Source: Octopus bimaculoides (Eukaryota). From it: 64,000 nt of DNA. Position 1 is the stretch's first letter; each line of letters starts with the position of its first letter. Below the pieces are notes generated by a model that was given only the letters and a program-made list of their open reading frames with translations, was not told the origin of the DNA and searched no databases. The stretch lies in NCBI RefSeq assembly GCF_001194135.2, contig NC_068996.1, positions 39,120,030-39,184,029 on the forward strand, in the 5' to 3' direction. This document shows positions 1 through 12,600 of the stretch, one piece after another. The position numbers and the translations under genes were made by a program.

Positions 1-165
1 CCTTTGGATAACACTGGTGGCGTGGAGAGGGGAGGCCGGTATGCCTGAGCGACTGCTGGTCCTCCATAAACAACCTTGTCCAGACTTGTGCCTCTGAGGA
101 GTACTTTCTAGGTGCAATCCTAGTCATTCATCGCTGTAGGCAGGGGTGGGGCTTTATCCTTTAAT
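1..165 (-). repeat. Interspersed repeat family I (other copies ~10695-10855 + and ~53190-53305 +)
   Basis: Shared atgaatg.c.atg.gattgcaccta.aaagtt..cctc.gaggcacaagtc.gggcaaggttgttt; class unassigned. Confidence 0.7.
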
Positions 166-316
166 AACCCACCTGAGATACAAATAAAATCTGTTTCAAT
201 ATAAAACTTCCCATCATGAAATTTGCTAACCAAATACACAAAAGAAATATTTTCTGCATTTATTTTTGCTTGTAACAGTATATGATTTCCAGTCAAAAGT
301 TGTTTTCTATTTTCAG

Positions 317-509
317 GTACGGAAAATATTTTAGTCTAGGTCAGCTGCTAAGCTATTATATTGGGTACACTTTAATAAGAGATGACCTTCACTTCGTTGC
401 TAGAAAAGACAATGCTTCACTGAATATGTTTAATAAAACCAAAAACATATCCGAAGTCGTTACTGAGCTTGTCAAAGATCAACTTAAATCATCATTATTA
501 TCAAGCTAA
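317..509 (+). CDS. Probable terminal coding exon of an unidentified gene (YGKYFSLGQLLSYYIGYTLIRDDLHFVARKDNASLNMFNKTKNISEVVTELVKDQLKSSLLSS*)
   Basis: Acceptor tgttttctattttcag ends at 316. It is followed by 63 non-repetitive sense codons, TAA at 507-509 and AT-rich UTR-like sequence. No confident family assignment. Confidence 0.45.
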
Positions 510-653
510 TGTTTACATCTCATGCATAATCGTAATTTTAAATCACTAAAATTTCAAGGTTGTCTCCCCTACGTCATGAACACATTTCATTAACATTAAT
601 CATGAAAACGATGCTTTCTTTTCGTTATTGCAATGTAATTTTAATGAACTAAT

Positions 654-705
<52 letters not shown>

Positions 706-1329
706 CACATTTCTCAGACCGATTGTATGTTGATATCTTTTGATCAGGAGTAGTCATAAACCAATTGCATTGGGTCCTGTCAACTTTCTCATCCCATATT
801 ATTATTATTATTGTTATTTATTCATTTATTATTTTTTTGTAATTACATCGACTATTGTATTTTAGCTATTGCCTTCATTAGAATTTATTCCTGTTTTGGG
901 AGAAAAGGGTAAAACTGATTCTGTTTAATATGGTGTCTGTTACTGTATTTGAATCAATGATTTGCCTTACGAATTTATAGATTTAAGCCAAGAGGATACC
1001 TTACGTTACACATCTTATTCTGATTCTTTGCATATACAATTGTTGAGTAATTTGGTTAATTGCATAAATTTTCAAAATGCTGGCCCATTTAGCATCAAAG
1101 CCAATAAAACTGATTGGTTAGTTCTTTTATTTCAGTCATTACATTGTGGCCGTGCTGCATCTTATGTCTGGTACTTATTCTATTGGTCTCTTTTTCGCTA
1201 AACTACTAAGTCAGGAGGATGTAAACAAACCAACACTGGTTGTCAAATAGTGGTAGGGAGACAAACAAACAAAAAACAAGCACACAAGGATGACACGCAA
1301 ATTCGTGAAGCGTTCCATATTTTTAGGAT

Positions 1330-1630
1330 TTTCGAGCGAGATCGTTGCCAGTGCCCCTGGACTGACTTGTGCGGGTGGCACATAAAAGACACCATTTCGA
1401 GCGTGGCCGTTGCCAGTATCGCCTGACTGGCCTTCGTGCAGGTGACACATAAAAGCACCCACTACACTCTCTGAGTGGTTGGCGTTAGGAAGGGCATCCA
1501 GCTGTAGAAACTCTGCCAAATTTAGATTGGAGCCTGGTGTTGCCATCCGGTTTCACCAGTCCTCAGTCAAATCGTCCAACCCATGCTAGCATGGAAAGCG
1601 GACGTTAAACGATGATGATGATGATGATGA
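1330..1630 (+). mobile_element. Retroposon family C with (GAT)n 3' tail (RTE-type tail inferred)
   Basis: Internal tandem gtggcac.taaaagcacc units, then gagtggttggcgttaggaagggcatccagctgtagaaactctgcc...ctagcatggaaagcggacgttaaacgatgatgatg. Confidence 0.8.
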
Positions 1631-2074
1631 CACACACACACACAACAGGCTTCTTTCAGTTTCCATCTACCAAATCCATTCCCAAGACTTAGGTTGGTTG
1701 AGGACTATAGTAGAAGATACTTGAACAATGTACCACACAGTGGGACTGAACCAAGAACCATGTGGCTGGAAAGCAAACTTCTTATCACACACCCACACAT
1801 GCACATATACGAAATATACTGTACACAAGATATAACTTAAGCAAAAACAAAACAAAACAAAACCATCTTAAACTTGTTTTATTGAATATTCCATATGTAA
1901 CAGAGCCATGGATGCATTTATGTGGTAATTCACACTGCTAGAAATAGTGACCAAATCTCTCACAAATCACACCTTACTGACTTAAAATGGGACACACCAG
2001 ATAAAGTGGTTCTAAGTTTGCTGCATGTTGGAAAACGTCAGGTTTCTTTCATTCTTTTACTTATTTGAACAGCA

Positions 2075-2265
2075 GCCTTTCAGTGTGTACTTGATGACAT
2101 ACTTAAATGACCTCCCTGAGGCAACGATTTCAACGTTGCAGTAGTATTTGAATGTTCTTAAAAGTGCTTCATTATAAGGTACAACCCGTTTGTTGTTGTT
2201 TGTTTTCCCATTCTTATGAGATTCAACTCTTCCCATTGCAACTGATCTTCATCTATAGAAATAGT
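2075..2265 (-). mobile_element. Fossil Helitron RepHel (Rep region) fragment
   Basis: With one stop and one frameshift: FYR*RS...KNGKTNNNKRVVPYNEAL / LRTFKYYCNVEIVASGRSFKYVIKYTLKG. This matches the Helitron VVPYN..LL..FN.HINVE.C.S..S.KY..KY..KG motif. Confidence 0.75.
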
Positions 2266-2728
2266 CTCTCTGTCTGTTTTTCTACCTTTTGATTAAGATG
2301 ATAAAGATTAATATTTTATTTTAAAAATAAAATAGTAAGTTTATCATTTAAGAAACAAAATAAAATAAAATTAAGTACCTGTGATTCAAAAATAACTCAT
2401 AATAATATAGGAAGAATTTCTATCTTTCAAGTCTGCAGCACTCCAAAAGTTGTATAAAATGATTAAGAGAGGAAAATAGAAAGTAAGAAAAAAGGACGTA
2501 TGGTGGTAGCTGACACAACTCTTTGAAGTGTCAACATTTTCAACTTGATTTTTGTTTTCTTAAAGGGGGAAATTACTATTTTATTTGTAATCTTTATCAA
2601 ATAGCAGGCAAACAGACAATCTTTGAGTTTTAGTATGATATAGATTGTAAGGTAGGTGTGAGAGGCTGGTTCTGGTTGGTTTGAACATAATAGAAGTAGA
2701 ATATTTGAACTGGATATGACTGGTTTAA

Positions 2729-2948
2729 CCCTTTAGCATTCAAATTAATATGTCAAAAGTAATCCTTATTCATTTACATTTAAAAAAATTTATCTGGTAT
2801 TATCTTGTAGCTTCGAGATTTGAAAGATGTAATTGTTTATTTTTAGAATGACATTGCAGGGTAGGTGTGAGATACTGGCTCTGGCCAGTTTGAGCATAAA
2901 ATGAATAGAATATTCGGGCCGGATATAGCCGGTTTAAACACTAAAGGG
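2729..2948 (+). mobile_element. piggyBac-like MITE, nested in an older copy of the same family
   Basis: TTAA|CCCTTTAG...CTAAAGGG|TTAA with TTAA at 2725-2728 and 2949-2952. The host copy continues on both sides (ggatatgactggtTTAA...atgctgaaggg). Confidence 0.85.
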
Positions 2949-2982
2949 TTAAATGCTGAAGGGATATATTTATATGTATAAT

Positions 2983-3192
2983 CCCTTATCTTTCAGATCA
3001 CTGTCAAATGTAATTAGTTCTCATTGTTTTAAATTAAATTAATGAAGCATTATCTCATAGCTTTGAGATTTTGATGATGTGATTGTTTATTTTTAGAATG
3101 ATATTGCAGGCTAGGTGTGAAAGGTAGAGTCTGGTTGGTTTAAAACAAGTAGAATATCTGAGCTGGATATGACTGGTTTGAATGCTAAAGGG
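2983..3192 (+). mobile_element. piggyBac-like MITE (same family)
   Basis: Homologous to 2729-2948; ends gctaaaggg|ttaa. Confidence 0.75.
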
Positions 3193-4829
3193 TTAAGCCA
3201 GCTCTGATCAAGCAGACCTATGATGAAGAGGCATTCCACAGGTATTGTTTAACAAAAAAAGTAAATAAAATTAAGGGGAGATAAGTAGTAAAAGAAGCAG
3301 CTTACTTTTTATACAGCATAAAGACTGGCGACTGCTGTCAGAAAGTGAACAAATGTCTTCTTTTTCTCAGTGGAATTACGCCAGAGAAACTCATGCAGAA
3401 ATGAAACAAACAATTCATCCGATGTCCCAAATTGTTGTCTCAACTTCTGTTTCACCCTCATCTTCGTATTTTCTACATTTTGTGTGTGTATTGATTATGA
3501 GGATCAATAAAATGTTGTTGGTGTATAATCAACTCATGCATGTTGGCGCCACCATTGAGGATACCAATGTTATATGCTCATCATCCATCGCTCATTACAT
3601 GAGACCCAGGCAAAATTCAACTTTGTATCACCTCAGTTAGAGTTTCTTCTATGCGGTCAGGTACTTTGACCAAAAAACACTTTCTTGAGACTCTCTCTAT
3701 ACCACCTAATGTCCCTTTGCTTCTTTTACTACTTATCTCCCCCTTAATTTTTATTTACTTTTTCATAAAATAAACTGAACAATTACCCATTCCACCTTGG
3801 GCCATCTCATCTATTTTGCTTTTATTTTACTTTTGATTTTCATTTTTTAAATTTTTGTTCAGATATATTATATCTAGTTCACATTATCTAATTTTAAAAA
3901 ATTTAAAAAAACAGTCAGTAGTTATTTAAGGAAGATTTATCTGGCTGCTATTTCTAGAAGATCAAGCAACCTCATAGAGATTCCTTTGTTGATTAGTTGC
4001 CAGAATGGAAAAACATATAATATTGAGGAAATAATGAGTGAGTAAAAAAAAAAATTTCATACAATTTTAATGATCAAGGCAAGGCAATTAATCAGAATTG
4101 ACTGCATATAGTCTGAGATATACAGAAGAGATAAAAAAAAAAAAAGAAGACTATGTGATGTTTATGAATCACATAAAACATTGCACTTTATTTGAGTAAA
4201 GTGCAAAGTTACAGAACAGAATGGTGGAGTAGCAGCTCATTAAGACAAGACATTGATAAAAAATTCTTGTGTTACAAAAATGTACACTTAAGAATTATAA
4301 ATTGGAGTAAAAAGAAAAAAATTAATTTGTGAAAGAAATGAAATTTATTCCTTATTCTAAATCAATGAAAGTGAATTGAAAGTTTTGAAGACATTCTAAG
4401 CCTTTTGATAGAAAACCGCCCAAGACTGCCCATGGATGTATGATATGAAATTTCTATTTTAAAGTGAACTATATTAAAACCCTTCATAAATAAAGTTGTT
4501 TTAGTAAATTCTTCATTATTACCAAAATAAATTGAAACAAAAGCAGTGCATTTTAACAAAAATTTATTAACAAAAGGCCAAAAATTGACTACCAGCTCAC
4601 ATAGAACTGGTAACACAAAAAAATAAATCCTTTGTGCTAGGCTTCAATGGCTGTCACAAGACATTCATCTACATCAGGCTATAAAGCAAGGGACTTAATA
4701 AACATCAGCAAATAACGTTTGTATAAAACTAAGAACGTCTCTCACAGTTGTTTCATAAGAAATATAATATCTGTGTTTCCACAACAAATCTAAAAGAACA
4801 TATTATCCAAGATTGTCACATCCTGAACT

Positions 4830-4940
4830 AACTTTCTCAGATACTATCAATACTTGGTCCATCAGTTTGAGACTCCTGTAATTGCCTCCATCCACTACAT
4901 CTTTACTTTTATTGTACTTGACAGTAACGTTATTACAGAA
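4830..4940 (-). mobile_element. Fossil RTE-clade LINE reverse transcriptase fragment
   Basis: Translates FCNNVTVKYNKSKDVVDGGNYRSLKLMDQVLIVSEKV, matching the RTE motif YKGKGD...GNYRGIKL...MKV.ERV. Confidence 0.7.
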
Positions 4941-6749
4941 TTGTGAGCAAGACTATATTATGACCCATAGGGGCCTGAGGCATTTAAAAGATTTTGTAAT
5001 TCAAAATATGAACAATTAAAAGCCATAAAATAATTTTTTCAAAATAAAACGAAACTAACATTAAGATGGAAAATAATGTTTATTTTTGTATACTTCGACT
5101 TTATTTATATTTGAAAACTCGTCTACTTTTTAATTACAAAGTCTTTGATTAGATTCTTAAAATTAATCTTAAGTAGAGATAAAGCACCCTAAATATTATT
5201 TTAATAAGTTTAATGTAATTTCTTTTGTGGCATAAACCATTTACCATTTCTGTGGTGGCCTTCCCCTTTCCCTTGATGCTCTAAACACGTACTTATTTTG
5301 CTTAATAACTAATCCAGTTCTGATTGATTGGGGTTGGAGGTGGAGGGTAACACCTTGTAATGTCAGATCAACTATATCAATAACTATTATGCTTATATAA
5401 CCTTATGCTTTCTACATCTTAACAACCATCCCTTATGGGCTCATTAATAATCTTTTCTTCAATTCCTTAATAACCTGTAGTGTTCATATGGTATGTTGTC
5501 ATCAATGTCATAAATTAACTATTATCATCATCATCATTATCGTTTAACATTCACCTTCCATGCTGGCATGGATTGGATGGTTTGACAGGAGCTGGCCAAG
5601 TAGATGATTGCACCAGGCTACTTACTGTCTGTTTCGGCATGATTTTTATGGCAGGGTACACTTTCTAACATCAACCACGCTGTAGAATGGACTGAGTGCA
5701 TTTTACGTGGTATCAGCACAGACAAAGTCAGTTTTTTATAACTGGATGCCCTTCCAAATGCCAATTACTTCACAGTGTGGGCTGGATGCTTTTTACATGC
5801 CTCTTATGTTGTTTTTAGTTACTGCTTCATCTGCATGAATTCTCATGAAGAACAGATACAAACATAACAGAATATATTTCCTATAAGTTTTTAAAAAATA
5901 ATTTCATATAAATTTCTAATGACTGCTGGTAGAGATGTAGGAGATTAGAATCAAGTTTTAGCATAACTAATGTTGTGGAGGTGCATGACTTAGTGGTTTG
6001 AGTGTTAGACTCATGATTGTAAGATTGTGGTTTCGAATCCAGGACCGGGTGACACATTGTGTTCTTGAGCAAAACATTTCATTTCTCTCTACACTAGTTC
6101 ATTCATCTGACAATACGAATAATTCTGAGATAGACCAACATCCTGTTCAACAGGGAATATATACACTACAGGAACCAGGAAACCAGCCCTATGTGTATGT
6201 ATGACAAGGGAAGGATTTTAATGTTTTACCTTATCTGTGACTAATATCCATAACAATGAGTAACAAAGAGACTGGGAAACATTAGTCTGAAATTATGATG
6301 AAAAATTCCATTCATTTCTAGCTGGATTCAGCCAAGGAAAACTTAACGTTGTTTCTGCTATACTGGGCCATGCTCTTTGCTAGAATGTGGGGAAAGGTGA
6401 GGATGTATGTTCTCTGGCAGTTATCTCAACCTCTGTGATTGTTCTTGGTGGAATCTTGCTCTAATACTATGAAAAGCATAGGAAAAGGTCATAGAACATT
6501 TCAATTAAGTTCTATATGTGTGGTATTTCTACAAGCTGACTGGTCTGTAATCAGGGCACATTGCTTGACCTCAATGTAGTTTTAACTGATAACTGAACAT
6601 CTGATGTTTTGATTTTAGGTCTCATTACAAACTATTTTTAAGCATACTGAACTAATCTGGTTCTTCTTGGGTTGTTGTTTATCTTTCCCCTAGCTTAGTA
6701 GTCTTTGAGCAATCTCTCATGGTTCATTCCTTTCAATATCAGTGAAGAC

Positions 6750-7225
6750 AAAATGTATCTTTTCTTTTATCTTTTACTTGTTTCAGTCATTTCACTGCAG
6801 CCATGCTGGGCTCCACCTTCAAGGGTTTCAGTCAAACAAATCAACCCCAGGAAATTTGTTAAAGCCTAGTACTTGTTCTGTCAGTCCTTTTTGCCAAACT
6901 GCTAGGTTACAGGGACGTAAACACACCAACACCAGTTGTCAAGCGGTGGTAGGGAACAAATACAGACACAAAGACATACACACATAGATACACACACACA
7001 CACTCATATATATGTAATGTGTGTATGTGTGCGCATGCGTATCTATATATATATATATATGTATATACAATGGGCTTCTTTCAGTTTCTGTCTACAAATC
7101 TACCTACAAGGCTTTGGTTGGATCAAGACTATAGGAGAAGACACTTGCCCAAGGTGCCATGCAGTGGGACGGTGAGACTGAACCCAGAACCATGTGGTTG
7201 GGAAGCAAGTTTCTTACCATACAGT
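6750..7225 (-). mobile_element. SINE family A
   Basis: Reverse-complement match with an expanded internal CA/TA microsatellite. Confidence 0.8.
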
Positions 7226-7234
7226 CAATATTTC

Positions 7235-7445
7235 ATTTAAACCAGCTACATCTGGCCCAAATATTCTACTTATTTTGTGTTCAAAACAGCTAGATTTGGC
7301 CTCTCAGACCTACCCTACAATGTCATTCAAAAAATAAACAATCACATCATCAAAATCCCAAAGTTACAAGATAAGTCATGATTGATTCAAAACAGTGTGA
7401 ATAAATAAGTATTAAATTTGACAGAGTAATCTGAATGCTAAAGGG
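7235..7445 (-). mobile_element. piggyBac-like MITE (same family), one end eroded
   Basis: Reverse-complement homology; ctgaatgctaaaggg|ttaa at 7431-7449. Confidence 0.75.
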
Positions 7446-8561
7446 TTAATAACAGCAAAGATCGTGTCTCCTTCATCAACACGATAACTATACAATATCA
7501 GACAAAAACAGGTTTGCCCCAATAGAATATCTACACAGGAACAGCAACAACACAAATAAAAACCTCCTCTTTTTAGAAATAATACATTTCAGAGAGATTT
7601 ATGCAGTAGTGATACAAGGAAACAGTTGTATGCTGTCAACTTAATGTGACAGTCCCCTGGAGGGAATTATACTACTGTTGGTTAGACCTAGGAAGCTGCA
7701 TCGCTTCCTGTCGGCCTTGACACATTTCCTGTGTCCTTATGTTTACAAGGGGAGACAAACACCTCCACCCAGCTAAGCCTGCATCTAGAGACATGTTTCT
7801 GAGTCTTTGCTCGTCTCCCCCTTGTAAACAGAAATAGAATAATATGGTTGGATATGGCCAGTTTAAATGCTAAAGGATTAAACGATGATGATGATGATGA
7901 TGATGATGATGACGACTATGACGAGATGATGGTGGTTGTAATTGTGGTAGTGGTGGTGAGTCTCCCAATCAGTTTTCCAGTGTTACAACTATGCTGAATG
8001 AGTTGCCTGTATTCAAGCTTATGAACTGATGCTTCTCCTATGAGTAAAAATAAAAGAAAGTAAAAGACATTTTAGACTAATACTTATTTAAATTCTCTAA
8101 CTGATGTAACATGGTCACCTACCCTGCTGCCATCTAAGGCATCCCTGATCATGTAAATCTAATGTCAAAGTTGTTGAACAATAAAAATATTTTCTAGAAG
8201 TTCCTGTTGTGATGAATGACAGGAAAGAAGATATCTAAGTCGAATGAATCACTTCAGTAATATGTATGAGATGCTGTGTCTGAACAAGGACAGTAGCCAT
8301 CAGTGGTGTAGACTGTAGCAGCTACTGCTGTCGTTGTCAGCATCATGATCTGTAGTTGATGTTGAGTGCAAAAAATGCCTGCAAGGATGGTCTGAGCTCT
8401 CTTATGATCTTTGCCAGCTAGTAGAAAAACAAACTGTATTTAGCTGCTGTCTGTCAAAGTAAAAGGTACCAACATTGAAATTGTTAATGTCAATTCCATA
8501 TGTTGTTTGTCTAAAAACAACTAGGATTTAATAAGTTAAACATCCACTGGGTTCAGCTTTG

Positions 8562-9001
8562 GATTAACCCATTTAGCAAAATAAGCAAGTGCTTAGAGCA
8601 TCAAGGGATGGGGGCACCACAGAAATGGTAAATGGTTGACGGCACAAAAGAAATCACTTTAAACTTGCAAAAATAATATTCGTAATGCCTTATCTTTACT
8701 AAGTATAGAAACAGAAGTTTTATGTAAAATTAATTTTAATGATATCATCGAAGACTTTGCAATAAAAAATAAATGAAGAAAACTTTTCAAATATAATTGA
8801 AATAGAAGCTTACAAAAATAAACATTTTCCATTTTACTGTGAATTTTGTTTCATTTTGAAAAATAAAAGTTTATTTTATTGTTTATTATCATTTACATTT
8901 TGAATTATTTTTGTTTACATTTTGAACCATTTACATATACTTGAGGGCACCAAAATCTTTCAAGTGCTTCGGGCTTCTATGGGTTTTAATCCGGCCCTGA
9001 C
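8562..9001 (-). mobile_element. hAT-like MITE (TIR ~CAGGGCCGGATTAA); related copies at ~4960-5325 and ~9655-10505
   Basis: Ends cagctttggattaac and ttaatccggccctg. Shared internal motif aaaccatttaccatttctgtggtg occurs in all three copies. Superfamily is inferred from the CAGGG-type terminus only. Confidence 0.55.
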
Positions 9002-9386
9002 TGGGTTCATTGTATTTTTTGCTGGTCAACTAGCCTCCGATAAAAAAAAACAAATTCTTAATGTGTTTATCAGACTATGAAGGAATTAGTCATTGGCTGA
9101 CATCATCATTGACAGAATTCTGCTTGTGTCTTTACTTGTTATGTTTTACATATGAGTGCAGTGATTCAAGTTTAATTCTTAGGCAATGAGTTGGTGTTTG
9201 GGACTCTTGTCAAATATTCCTGCTCCAGATTTTTCATCGGGACCAGCCTGTCATTTTGGATATCAGGGACTATGCTGACCAATGTATCTTCCTTTGTTTA
9301 GGACAGTAAAATTTAAATTGAGGAGAGATTTGGCTGCTATTTCTAAATAAAACTTAGGAGTGAAGAATGCCCCGACTCTCATTTAA

Positions 9387-9602
9387 CCCTTTAGCATTCA
9401 GGTTATCTTGTTAAATGTAATGCTTATTTATTCATGCTGTTTTGAATCTGTTATATATTACTTTGTAGCTTTGTGATTTCAATGATGTGGTCGTATATTT
9501 TTAGAATTATATTGTATGGTAGATGTAAGAGGCCTCATCTGGTCAATTTAAACATAAAACAGAATATTTGGGCCTGATAAGGCCAGTTTGAGCACTAAAG
9601 GG
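9387..9602 (+). mobile_element. piggyBac-like MITE (same family)
   Basis: TTAA|CCCTTTAG...CTAAAGGG|TTAA, both ends intact. Confidence 0.85.
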
Positions 9603-9779
9603 TTAAACTTGAGACACCCCATTGATGAAGTCTCTAAAAACTTATGCCATGTGGCAGGGCTGAATTAAGATCTAAAAAAGCCCTAATCATTTAAAAGATT
9701 TTGGTGCTCCCATACATATGTAATTCAAAATATAAGTAATAATAAACCATAAAATAAGTTTTTATTTTTCAAACTTGTG

Positions 9780-10211
9780 GAGCACTAACAGCACTATCCG
9801 AGTGTGTTCATTGCCAGAGCAGCTGTCTGGCTTCTGTGCTAGTGGCCCATAAATAGCACCATTTGAACGGAATCGTTACCAGCGTCGTCTTCTAGCACTT
9901 GTGCTGGTGGCATGTTAGAAAATCATTCGAGCAAGGTCGTTGTCAGTGCCGCTAGACTGGCTCCCGTGCAAATGGCATGTAAAAAACACCTTTTTGAGCG
10001 TGGCCGTAGCCAGTACCATGTGACTGGCCCTCATGCCAGTGGCACGTAAAAACACCCACTACGCTCTCGGAGTGGTTGGCGTTAGGAAGGGCATCCAGCT
10101 GTAGTAACTCTGCCAGATCGGATTGGAGCCTGGTGCAGCCTGCTGGCTTGCCAGTCTCAGTCAAATCATCCAACCCATGCTAGCATGGAAAGCAGACGTT
10201 AAACGATGATG
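9780..10211 (+). mobile_element. Retroposon family C, inserted inside a hAT-like MITE
   Basis: Same body and GAT tail; MITE sequence lies on both sides. Confidence 0.8.
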
Positions 10212-11164
10212 AAACAAAACAGTAAGGAGAACAATAGTTTATTTTTGTAAACGTCCATATTTCAAAAGTTTTCTCATACCTGCTTTTTTTTCATTACAAA
10301 GTCTTTCATCAGATCCTCACTATGACACCATGAACGCTGTGAAAATATATTTCCAATCATATAAACCACTTCAAATATTACTTTAGCAAGTTTAAAGTGA
10401 TTTCTTTTGTGCCGTAAACCATTTACCATTTCTGTGGTGACCCCCACGCTTCCCTTGATACCCTAAGTACATGCTTATTTTGCAGAATGGTTAATCTAGT
10501 GCTGCCTTGGGGCTATTAAAAGTTCAAACCCTATCAGTAATATAAGTTGAATACCTATCAATTTGTAAAATTAAAGATTTGTTATTTTTCTCAGTAAAAA
10601 TGTACCCTAACATATTCATATACATAATCAATACACCCATGGCAATATAAAGGTTCCTCACTCCTAGCATAGAAGACCCTTAAAAGAAATAAAGACCCAC
10701 TTCAGTCATGAATGGCCATGAGATTGAACCTAGAAAGTTCCCCTCTGAAACACAAGTCCAGGCAAGGTTGTTTAAGGAAGACCAGTAGTTGCCCATGTAT
10801 ACCAGCCTCTCCTCTTCATGCCACTGATGTTATCCAATGGAAAGGCAAGGGGGCGGATACAGTTTGGCACCTGTGACGTCACAACTCATTTCTACAGCTG
10901 AGTGAATTGGAGCAACGTGAAATAAAGTGTCTTGCTCAAGAACACAACACACAGCCAGGTCCAGGATTGCGAGCCCAACGTTCTAACCACTGAGCCATGC
11001 GCCTTCACAGAGTATCCCTAATGGTTTGCTAATTAGAGTGTAGGAGGAGAAAAGAGGGATAACAACAAAGATAGACGAGAAATTATTGGGACAGATTAAG
11101 AGTGAAAAGGTGGTCACAACGACACGAATAGGAACACGAACGAAGATCCTTTATTAGATTACAT

Positions 11165-11525
11165 TTTATTTGTTTCAATTCTTGCACTGCGGCCATGCTG
11201 GAACATCATTCTGAAGCGCTTTTAGTTAAACGAATTGACCCATGTACTTGTTCTTTTTTTTTAAACTTCGTACTTATCGATTTAGTTTTTAGTGAACCGT
11301 AACCAGCGGGGGTTGGAGGACAAACACAAATACGAAGACACATATTGATATATACAACAGGTGGGGGGGGGGTCCAGTTTAGTTGACTAAAGCCATTTAC
11401 AAGGCTTTGGTCGGCCCAGAGCTATAGTAGAAGACACTTGGTTGGGGTACCATGAAGCGAACTGAACCGGCAACTCTGTGGTTGAGAAGCAAACTTCTTG
11501 CTACACAACCACGCATACACCTAGT
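11165..11525 (-). mobile_element. SINE family A (diverged)
   Basis: Reverse-complement match including ctatagtagaagacacttg and the gcggccatgctgga tail. Confidence 0.7.
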
Positions 11526-12224
11526 GTAAAAAAAAATATTCGAAAATCATTAATTATAATTAAATCCACAGAAAATCAATAAGCCGGTTTTGGTACAATT
11601 AGAAAGTAGGCACCAATAATTATTGATAAAAAAACGGGGAAGAAATAAAGGAAGTTATCAATAAATCAATAAAAAATCAATTAATTATTTAATTAATCGT
11701 TATGGCTAAGTAAACATACTTGTAGATAAACAATGTACTGGTTGTCAAGTGCACACAAAACATTGTTGCTTGTATGTGTTGAGAGCATATCTAACGTTAG
11801 TTTCCTTGTACTAGCAAAAAGAAAAGGAAGCACAAATTATGCACATACTTTTATCATAGGAAAACAAAATTTGCACAATATAAGGGATTTTGTGTACAAA
11901 TACCGTCACGTATGTGGCTAAGAAATTTTCTATTTGGTATCCCTTGTCCATCTAACTAAAAATATGCACCACAAAGAGAGTGTAGAGCAAACCATTGCTA
12001 TAAACCGCGGTAGCACTTCGAATGGACATGCAGTGTTCAGTTCGTCTTAACAATTTGTATCAGATAACGTTTAGGCTGATTCATTATCAGTTGGGAGACA
12101 AGCCAACGAAAAACTCACTACGGGGTCGCTTAACTTGCTAGATAAAGTGATCGTATCTCCCTCAAATCATAATTTAGTCTTAATTAAAAAAGAAAGAGTA
12201 ATATTTTAGCGGTTACGAAGATTG

Positions 12225-12600
12225 CTTTGCAGACGTTGTATATAGATTAGTCCCCCCGCGCGGCACTTGGTGAAAGTGTCTTCTGCTTGAGCTGCGGTCG
12301 ATCAGTGCCTTGTGAGTGAATTTAGTTGCCGGAAACTGTGTGAAGCCCATCGTGAATACACAAACATATGTATACATACACACATACATATATATGTATG
12401 TGTATACATGTGAGTGTGTGTAGCCTACACTGCTTGACAATCGGTGTTGGTTAATTTACGTCTCACTAGCATAAAGGTTCGGTAAAAGTAATCAATAGAA
12501 TGAGTAACAAACTGAAGGGTGTAGTCGATATCCTTCAGGGTGATGCTCCAGCATAGTTGCAATCGAATAAATAATGAAAGACTTAAAAGGTAAAAGATAA
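12225..12600 (+). mobile_element. SINE family A (diverged)
   Basis: Head-to-tail match with a central TA/TG tract. Confidence 0.65.

Noticed and set aside
1211-1546. Recurrent ORF LAEFLQLDALPNANHSESVVGAF (also 9952, 21203, 62578)
   Set aside because: Antisense translation of retroposon family C; recurrence reflects repeat copies, not a protein family.
8100-8400. LINE endonuclease remnant
   Set aside because: Similarity too faint to support by eye.
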